A DNA stretch of 12,187 nt from NCBI GenBank assembly GCA_040752575.1, contig JBFMGK010000056.1:1-12187 (forward strand), written 5' to 3'. The position numbers were made by a program, and so were the translations under genes. The notes beneath the pieces are model-generated. The model saw nothing but the letters and a program-made list of their open reading frames with translations. It was not told the DNA's origin and ran no database searches. The stretch is from Candidatus Bipolaricaulota bacterium. Lineage in GTDB: Bacteria > Bipolaricaulota > Bipolaricaulia > UBA7950 > UBA9294. Each line of letters opens with the position of its first letter. Positions within the stretch are counted from its first letter, which is position 1. This document shows positions 1 through 6,040 of the stretch, piece by piece.

Positions 1-624
1 GGGGATGAACCGTCGTAAACGGTGCCGGTGCGCTCGCTGACGATGTGGTCCCCACACCCGTGGGGATGAACCGCACTACGCCGCCGCCTTCGCCGGAGCC
101 GGCGTCGTGGTCCCCACACCCGTGGGGATGAACCGCTCTCGACGTCGACGGCGCGGGCGGTCCTTACGTGGTCCCCACACCCGTGGGGATGAACCGTTCA
201 CGCGGGCGGCCGCGGCGGTGCTCGTCTCGTGGTCCCCACACCCGTGGGGATGAACCGTGCGACGGCGCTCAAGCCACAGTGGTTGCCACGTGGTCCCCAC
301 ACCCGTGGGGATGAACCGATCCCCGCCGCACTTCGGACACTCCTTCGCCCGTGGTCCCCACACCCGTGGGGATGAACCGTGCGGATGGCACAACGATCCC
401 GCGCTGAAAGACGTGGTCCCCACACCCGTGGGGATGAACCGCGGTCGCGGAGTTCTGGGGCGCTGAGCTTCCAGTGGTCCCCACACCCGTGGGGATGAAC
501 CGTAGGCTTTCCCGTCACCTGTGGCGACGGCTTCGTGGTCCCCACACCCGTGGGGATGAACCGTCTACGTGCGTCGGAACATGGGTTCGACGGGCGTGGT
601 CCCCACACCCGTGGGGATGAACCG
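1..624 (+). CRISPR. CRISPR array with type I-E-like 29-bp repeat, truncated at the window's left edge
   Basis: Identical repeats GTGGTCCCCACACCCGTGGGGATGAACCG start at 45, 107, 168, 229, 290, 351, 413, 474, 535 and 596, with a partial copy at 1-12. The 10 spacers are unique and 32-33 bp long. The internal stem TCCCCAC/GTGGGGA and the ATGAACCG end resemble the E. coli I-E repeat (GTGTTCCCCGCGCCAGCGGGGATAAACCG), which implies + strand transcription and a leader outside the window. Confidence 0.98.
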
Positions 625-842
625 TTTGACGCATCGTCAATCCGCGCCGCCCCCTGCTCGTTGGTACCGGAGGAGGGACCTGTAACCCAGGCCGCACGCG
701 TGCACTTCGCGCTGCACGCGTGCGGCTGGCGAGTTCGCTCCATCGCCGCTGCGAACTCCGTGGGCTCCAGGCGGCTGGCCACGCGCGGCGTGGCTGGGGA
801 GTTCGCCGGTGTGGACGTTGCGAACTCCAGCGGCCAAAGAGC

Positions 843-863
843 AAGGGGCCCGATGGGCCCCTT
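843..863. terminator. Terminator-like GC hairpin (copy of the tRNA terminator)
   Basis: AAGGGGCCC-GAT-GGGCCCCTT followed by CTTC; identical to the core of 1221-1241. Confidence 0.55.
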
Positions 864-1047
864 CTTCACCTGTACCGGAGGAGGGACTTACGAACCCGGC
901 CGTCCGAAGACCGCGCGACGCTCTTCGGACAGCTTGGGAGTTCGCTGGCTTGGTGGCTGCGAACTCCTGGAATCAAGAGGTGGCTGGCCACGCGCGGCGT
1001 GGCTGGGGAGTTCGCCGGTGTGGACGCTGCGAACTCCAGCGGCCAAG

Positions 1048-1086
1048 GAAGAGGGGGCCCTCACCATAACGAAGGGCCCCCTGTTC
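1048..1086. terminator. Terminator-like GC hairpin, variant copy
   Basis: AGGGGGCCC (1052-1060) pairs with GGGCCCCCT (1074-1082), with purine/pyrimidine flanks. It sits immediately after the tRNA-end copy at 1091 on the minus strand. Confidence 0.5.
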
Positions 1087-1209
1087 TTTAGTACCGGAGG
1101 AGGGATTTGTAACCCAGGCCGGACGCGTGCACCTCGCGCTGCACGCGTGCGGCTGGCGAGTTCGCTCCATCGCCGCTGCGAACTCTGTGGGCTCCAGGCG
1201 GCTCGCCCA

Positions 1210-1250
1210 TACAGGCGAAGAAGGGGCCCGATGGGCCCCTTCTTCACCTG

Positions 1251-1252
<2 letters not shown>
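1210..1252 (-). terminator. Hairpin directly after tRNA-Leu (probable terminator, possibly bidirectional)
   Basis: 20-bp stem TACAGGCGAAGAAGGGGCCC-GAT-GGGCCCCTTCTTCACCTGTA. Its single C/A mismatch becomes a U-G pair on the minus strand, which fits tRNA-direction transcription. Confidence 0.7.
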
Positions 1253-1336
<84 letters not shown>

Positions 1337-1350
1337 GCGTGTCGCGACGG

Positions 1351-1380
1351 AGTGTACGTGGCGCCGGAGGAGGCTGTCAA
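1351..1380 (-). promoter_or_regulatory. Sigma70-type promoter for tRNA-Leu
   Basis: Minus-strand TTGACA (1380-1375), 18-bp spacer, TACACT (1356-1351), about 15 bp upstream of the tRNA 5' end. Confidence 0.7.
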
Positions 1381-1481
1381 GCTCGTGCACGCTGTAATCA
1401 TCTTCGTTTCGCGGTTTCGTGCGCAGGCCGGACAGGCGCTCCCGTCAGGGTCGCGTTCGCCGGTGCCCCACGTGGCGGGAC

Positions 1482-1510
1482 TTGGCTCCCTGTGTGATAT
1501 GGGTTACAAT
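1482..1510 (+). promoter_or_regulatory. Sigma70-type promoter for the Crp/Fnr gene with an overlapping CRP-like box
   Basis: TTGGCT (1482-1487), 17-bp spacer, TACAAT (1505-1510). TGTGA-N6-TTACA at 1493-1508 overlaps the spacer and -10. Confidence 0.55.
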
Positions 1511-1607
1511 GCGGTCACCTGACCCTGTGGATCAGGTGACCTGGGGACGGGTGAGAGGGGACACGCGCATCGGTCGCTGTTGCGCCACGTGTCGAGAGGG
1601 GGCCTGA

Positions 1608-2282
1608 ATGGTCGAGCTGAATGAGTTCCGGATGTTCTCCGATCTCAAAGACAAGGAGCTGGAGAAGCTACGCGAGACCGTGCGCATGATTCACTACGGA
1701 CGAGGCGAGATCATCTTTCAGGAGGGCGCCCCTGCGTTTGGCTTCTACCTCGTGTTCGACGGGATGGTCAAGCTCGTCAAGCGCAGCATGCGCGCGAAGA
1801 GCCAAATCCTGAAGATCGTCGGCCCCGGCGAGGTCATCGGCGAGACGACGCTGTTCGACAAGGGAAGCCACAACGCATATGCCAAGACCCTCGACCCGGT
1901 CACCGTCGGATTCATCGAGCGCGGCGACTTCTTCTACTTCCTGGAGCGGCATCCCAAGACGATCTTCCGCCTCTACGAGAGACTCTCCGAGGAACTGAAA
2001 GCTTTCCAGAACAAGCTCGCAGAACGATCCTACTCGTCGAGCAAAGAGCGGCTCGCCAGGCTCATCCTGCACCTCGGTCGCAGCGGCGTGGAACTCTCGC
2101 GTGCCGAACTTGCCGAGATGGCTGGTGTGTCTTCGAAGACGGCCATTCGTACGTTGAGCGAGCTCGAGAGCCGTGGGATCATCGCGATCGAGAGCCGTCG
2201 GATCCGCATCCTGCGCGAGGAGTACCTGCAGAAGATCGTCGAGCCCTTCTCGGCCAACCTGAACCCAAGCCTGATCATCTAG
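1608..2282 (+). CDS. Crp/Fnr-family transcriptional regulator (224 aa)
   Basis: cNMP-binding-like N-domain (GEIIFQEGAPAFGFYLVFDGMVKL...GPGEVIGE), C-helix with ERLARLIL, and HTH LSRAELAEMAGVSSKTAIRTLSELESRGII. Purine-rich RBS upstream. Confidence 0.93.
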   Translation: MVELNEFRMFSDLKDKELEKLRETVRMIHYGRGEIIFQEGAPAFGFYLVFDGMVKLVKRSMRAKSQILKIVGPGEVIGETTLFDKGSHNAYAKTLDPVTVGFIERGDFFYFLERHPKTIFRLYERLSEELKAFQNKLAERSYSSSKERLARLILHLGRSGVELSRAELAEMAGVSSKTAIRTLSELESRGIIAIESRRIRILREEYLQKIVEPFSANLNPSLII

Positions 2283-2309
2283 CGCTGCGCGGCGCCTTGC
2301 GCTGGAAGA

Positions 2310-2345
2310 ACGTCCGTCACGAAAGTGACGGATGTCCTTTCGTTA
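2310..2345 (+). terminator. Probable intrinsic terminator after the Crp/Fnr gene
   Basis: ACGTCCGTCAC-GAAA-GTGACGGATGT (11-bp stem with one G-U pair, GNRA loop), followed by CCTTTCGTT. Confidence 0.6.
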
Positions 2346-2420
2346 GGTCGCCCGGGTTCATACCTTCGGCGCAGGCAGATGTCTCGGTCCAGATCTCGGA
2401 GGTCAAGGAAGGTCAAGCAC

Positions 2421-4262
2421 GTGGCGAACGGGTTGAACCCAACGGAGCGAGCGATCGTCGTCGTCATTACGCTCGTGATTGCGGTGACGCTCAGCATCAC
2501 GCTCGAACGCGTGGGGTTTCCTCCTCTTCCCCTCGTCGGGCTGACGTTCGCCGTTCCCCTCGTCCTTGGGGCGCGAGTTCTGCGGCTGCGTGCAGCGGTT
2601 GCCTACGCCGCCTGCCTCGCCGCGGGGGGAATCGTCCTGCTGCTGTTTCTTGAACAGCGCGCTCCGGTGCCGCTCGTGGCGCTCGGCGTCGGCGATCTGG
2701 CTCTCGCCGCGGCTCTTGGCCTATGGAACCAGCGGGCACAACGGCGCGCGGCGCGCTGGCGACACGCCACGGCTCTCAAGGAAAGGCACGACAAGGAGAC
2801 GTTCGAGCCGGCGCTGAACTTGTTTCATTTCATCGACCCCGAGGGCACCGTCGTCCGTCGCAACGAAGCGTCACGGGGAGCCATCGGTCATCGCGGGAAG
2901 CGGACTTTGCAGCTGTCGGACTACGTGCACCCCGAGGACGCCGACCGCATGAAGGCCGAACTCATTCGTCTGTTCGAGCGCGAGGAGATCCGCGGAGTCA
3001 AGGTGCGCTTCATCACCGAGGAACGAAAGGCGTTCCCCGTCGAACTGCGAGGCACGAGGATCACCGATCGCCTCGCCGTCCTCGAGGCGCGGGACCGCAG
3101 TCGCGAGGACGAGCTAGAGCGCCGGATGATGGAAACGGAGGCGCGCTACCGCATCCTCATCGAGACGGCGATCGACACCCTCGACTCGGGCATCGTGATC
3201 ACCGATGCTCGCCAGGAGGTCGTCTGGGCGAATGCGACGATCGGACGGTTCTTCTCGATCGACCGCGACCGACTCATCGGTGTCGACGCCAAGCGCGCAC
3301 GTTCACGGTACGTCGGCGTCTTCGAGGAAGCCGACGCGTTCTCCAAGGCGATCGAACGGGCCGTCGACGCCGGCGAGCGAATCGACTCCATGACCTGCCA
3401 CGTTCGCCCGTCGCTTGGCCGCGACGAGCGGGTTCTCGAGTTCCGCTCGATTCCGATCGAAGCGAACCGAGGAAAGGGCGGGCGCATCGATCACTTCATC
3501 GACGTGACCGAGATCAAGCAGCTCGAGGCGGCCCTACGCGAGCGCACGATGCTTCTCGAGGAATCCAACAAGCGGCTCGAGGAGTTCTCGCACGTGGTTT
3601 CACACGACCTGAAGGAACCTCTGCGGACCATCGAAACGTTCAGCGGCTTCCTCCTCGAAGACTACGACGGGAAACTCGATGAAGAGGGCGTCGACTACCT
3701 GAACACGCTCAAGCGAACGTCGGCCCGAATGCGGCAGCTGATCAATGACCTCCTGTCGTTGGCCAGCATTCACATGGATGTCGCGTCGTTCGAGCGGATC
3801 AACACGTCGCGCGTTCTCGAGGAAATCCAAGAGGATCTTGAGGTTCGCCTCCAGGGGGTCAGCCTTCAAGTGGCTCCGGATCTCCCCGCCGTCAAGGGAA
3901 ACAAAGTTCGGATCAGCGAGTTGTTCAGCAATCTCATCGTGAATGCCATCAAATACAACGACAAGGCGTTGCCGGCCGTCCGCGTGGGGTCGTTGCCGGA
4001 TGCCAAGGGCACGGGCATGGCGACGTTCTTCGTCGAGGACAACGGTATCGGAATCGAAGAGCGCTATCAGGAGCGGATCTTCGGCATCTTCGAGAAGCTG
4101 AATCCGCGAGACGATATCGAGGGAACGGGCGCCGGGCTCGCCATCTGCAAGCGAATCGCCGAGGAGCACGGCGGCAAGATCTGGGTGCAGTCGGAGGTCG
4201 GGAAAGGGAGCACGTTCTTCTTTACCATCCCGCGAGCGAGAGAGGTGGAATCCAATGCATAA
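2421..4262 (+). CDS. Membrane-bound PAS-PAS sensor histidine kinase
   Basis: About 4 hydrophobic N-terminal helices, two PAS-like domains ([28 protein letters not shown]...HFIDVTEIK), H-box [13 protein letters not shown]-box [10 protein letters not shown]1 VEDNGIGI and G2 [10 protein letters not shown]...GKGSTF. Start set at GTG 2421 (AAGGAAGG 8 nt upstream) because the ORF-track start at 2325 lies within the terminator hairpin; ATG 2379 is an alternative. Confidence 0.92.
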   Translation: MANGLNPTERAIVVVITLVIAVTLSITLERVGFPPLPLVGLTFAVPLVLGARVLRLRAAVAYAACLAAGGIVLLLFLEQRAPVPLVALGVGDLALAAALGLWNQRAQRRAARWRHATALKERHDKETFEPALNLFHFIDPEGTVVRRNEASRGAIGHRGKRTLQLSDYVHPEDADRMKAELIRLFEREEIRGVKVRFITEERKAFPVELRGTRITDRLAVLEARDRSREDELERRMMETEARYRILIETAIDTLDSGIVITDARQEVVWANATIGRFFSIDRDRLIGVDAKRARSRYVGVFEEADAFSKAIERAVDAGERIDSMTCHVRPSLGRDERVLEFRSIPIEANRGKGGRIDHFIDVTEIKQLEAALRERTMLLEESNKRLEEFSHVVSHDLKEPLRTIETFSGFLLEDYDGKLDEEGVDYLNTLKRTSARMRQLINDLLSLASIHMDVASFERINTSRVLEEIQEDLEVRLQGVSLQVAPDLPAVKGNKVRISELFSNLIVNAIKYNDKALPAVRVGSLPDAKGTGMATFFVEDNGIGIEERYQERIFGIFEKLNPRDDIEGTGAGLAICKRIAEEHGGKIWVQSEVGKGSTFFFTIPRAREVESNA

Positions 4263-4689
4263 CCTCGAAAAGATGAAGGTCCTCGTCGTCGAGGACAACC
4301 CCAACGACGTCACGATCATCAAACGGGCGATGCGCAAGAGCGACGCAAAGTGCGAGCTCTATTTCGCCCACGACGGAGAGGAAGCGCTGAACATGTTGTC
4401 ACGCTCCGGGGAATACCAGGACACCCCGCGACCTGACCTCATCCTCTTGGATATCAATCTACCGAAGATCAACGGCCTTGAAGTCCTGGCGAAAATCAAA
4501 GACGACGCGCACCTTCGTCGGATTCCGGTCATCGTCCTCACCGTCTCGGAGCGCGAGGAGGACATGGTCAAGGCGTACGACAGCGGTGCCGCAAGCTACA
4601 TGACCAAGCCCGTCGATTCGAAGGACTTCGAGCGGCTTCTCCAGACGGTCCAGGATTACTGGCGGATCGCTCAGATCTCGCCCAAGTAG
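4255..4689 (+). CDS. Single-domain response regulator, Rcp1-like receiver (144 aa)
   Basis: [10 protein letters not shown]...[19 protein letters not shown]...IPVIVLT...YMTKP. Overlaps the kinase stop codon, suggesting translational coupling. Confidence 0.95.
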   Translation: MHNLEKMKVLVVEDNPNDVTIIKRAMRKSDAKCELYFAHDGEEALNMLSRSGEYQDTPRPDLILLDINLPKINGLEVLAKIKDDAHLRRIPVIVLTVSEREEDMVKAYDSGAASYMTKPVDSKDFERLLQTVQDYWRIAQISPK

Positions 4690-4752
4690 AAAGACCGCGA
4701 CACGTGTCCACCCGTCGCGGCGCGCCGGTCCCCACCGGACGCCGCGACGGCC

Positions 4753-5003
4753 TCTCTTGATGAGCCCCTCAGCCCCGGGCAAAGCCCGGCGTCTCCGGTA
4801 CGCTCCCCTCGGCTTGTGACACAGGACTCCGCGCGAACACGGAGAGGGGGTAACCTCGCGCGAGCCGTGAGAGCCCGCGGCTCGCCCTACCTCCTTACCC
4901 AGCTTCCCGCCGGAACGAGAGCCCGGCGATTCCTCTCCGACGCAAGGGTCCACAAGGGGCGCGCCAGCCAAGGCCGCTCGAAGCGGGCGCACGCAAGATG
5001 AGA
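4753..5003 (-). ncRNA. Candidate structured non-coding RNA, family unknown
   Basis: Non-coding gap between convergent genes, with nested long-range helices and several local hairpins found by eye. Most G-U wobbles and a UUCG loop favour the minus strand. Confidence 0.35.
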
Positions 5004-5010
5004 TACCCCG

Positions 5011-5057
5011 GGGAAGGTGGACAGCGGCAGTAGGTCCACCTTCCCTTCCCCCCTTTT
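5011..5057. terminator. Terminator-like hairpin between convergent transcription units
   Basis: GGGAAGGTGGAC (5011-5022) pairs with GTCCACCTTCCC (5034-5045), a perfect 12-bp stem. A pyrimidine tail ending TTTT follows on +, and the hairpin lies just past the stop of the minus-strand gene. Confidence 0.6.
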
Positions 5058-5058
5058 C

Positions 5059-5823
5059 CTAGACCTCCCCCGCTGTCATGTAGTCGAGGATCACCTGCAC
5101 GGCCTCCAAGATCTCGTCAGCGGTCGCCGGGTCGAGCGTTTGCCCGCTGTTCGATGCGACAAAGAGCATGGCGCCGGCGACTTGCTCCGGAGCGGAGAAG
5201 GGCAGGTCCTCTCTCCCCTCTCCTCCGAAGAGGATGTCGCGTGTGGTCGCGGGGACCTCGCGGCCTACGCCGCGCAGAGCGAGAACTCGAAGGGCAAAGG
5301 TCACGGCAAGCCGCCAACGTCCCTCTTCTTCCCCGGCGCCTTGAAGCGCCGCGTCGAGGGTCTCCTCGGCGGAAACTTGCAGCCCGCGGATCGCGCGGAA
5401 GAGACCCGCGTCGGCAAGCGCCCCCGCCTCTTCGGAAGCCATCGGGACGCCCTCGGCGAGCTCGGCGAGCGCCTCGCCGCAACTCTCCGAGACCTGCTGC
5501 GCGTCGTGGCGCAGACGCACGACTCGCGCGAGGGCCTCCACGCTCTGCGGAGGCGTCTGCACGACCATCGCCTCGTGAACCGCGACGAGGTGTTCCTCGA
5601 AGCCCGGCAGCGCGGTCGCCGCCCCAACGGGAACCACAACCGGGCTGCCGAGAAACGAAAGGGCTGCGTACGCGTCGTAGAACTCGACAAGCGGCGCGAG
5701 CGAGATCCACGCGTCGGCCAGCGCCAGGCCGACGCGGGCCGCGCTCTCGGGCCCGCCGACGGCGGGGACAGCCCCCAGCCACACGGCAGCGAAGAGGACA
5801 AACGTCGCAATCGTCCTACGCAT
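5059..5823 (-). CDS. Hypothetical secreted, acidic, alanine-rich protein (about 254 aa)
   Basis: ATG 5823 begins a signal-peptide-like MRRTIATFVLFAAVWLGAVPAVGG. The rest reads as amphipathic helices. No family recognised. Confidence 0.75.
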   Translation of the reverse strand: MRRTIATFVLFAAVWLGAVPAVGGPESAARVGLALADAWISLAPLVEFYDAYAALSFLGSPVVVPVGAATALPGFEEHLVAVHEAMVVQTPPQSVEALARVVRLRHDAQQVSESCGEALAELAEGVPMASEEAGALADAGLFRAIRGLQVSAEETLDAALQGAGEEEGRWRLAVTFALRVLALRGVGREVPATTRDILFGGEGREDLPFSAPEQVAGAMLFVASNSGQTLDPATADEILEAVQVILDYMTAGEV

Positions 5824-5952
5824 GTCTCCCAGCTTGCACCGCCTCCCTCCTCGCGTGCAACTCGGCCCTTCCCATTGGCGCTTCGCAGTCATGCGCCCCG
5901 GACAGATCCTTCTCTAGGCTACTTTCCTTTTCTCGTACCCCGGATCTGCGGT

Positions 5953-5982
5953 TTGTCGCCGACTACGCCAGCGCGGTATGAT
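5953..5982 (+). promoter_or_regulatory. Putative sigma70 promoter for the ABC operon
   Basis: TTGTCG (5953-5958), 18-bp spacer, TATGAT (5977-5982). Confidence 0.5.
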
Positions 5983-6040
5983 CCGACGGACGTTGGGCAC
6001 CGGATTCCCGGTGGGAGAAGAGAGATCCAAGGAGGTCGCG

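Larger units (their letters stand above)
662..1250 (-). repeat. Tandem array of three tRNA-3'-end-bounded, hairpin-rich units (tRNA-linked repeats or putative mini integrative cassettes)
   Basis: The core GTACCGGAGGAGGGA (reverse complement of the tRNA 3' end) occurs at 664, 872, 1091 and 1250, giving units of 208, 219 and 159 bp. 664-776 vs 1091-1203 match at 108/113, 773-837 vs 982-1046 at 64/65, and 843-889 vs 1221-1267 at 47/47. Confidence 0.9.

Noticed and set aside
626..640. TTGAC-N5-GTCAA as an FNR box
   Set aside because: Spacing is 5 rather than 4, and there is no adjacent promoter or gene. It is kept only as a palindrome.
76..869. ORFs crossing the CRISPR array (76-486, 198-869, 257-466, 269-484 and others)
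   Set aside because: They are translations of the repeats (RFIPTGVGTT, GSSPRVWGP, VHPHGCGDH), not genes.
664..1250. Cassette array as a second CRISPR array or as integron attC cassettes
   Set aside because: Unit lengths are 159-219 bp and the inter-repeat parts are themselves repeated. I see no clear RYYYAAC...GTTRRRY attC ends, no cassette ORFs and no integrase.
4793..4801. CTCCGGTAC matching the tRNA 3' end on the opposite strand
   Set aside because: A 9-bp match in inverted orientation is compatible with chance.
4918..4938. Minus-strand GGAGAGGAATCGCCGGGCTC resembling RNase P RNA (GAGGAAAGUCCGGGC)
   Set aside because: The P4 consensus is broken, and the 3' partner (ACAGAACCCGGCUUA) and other conserved regions are absent.
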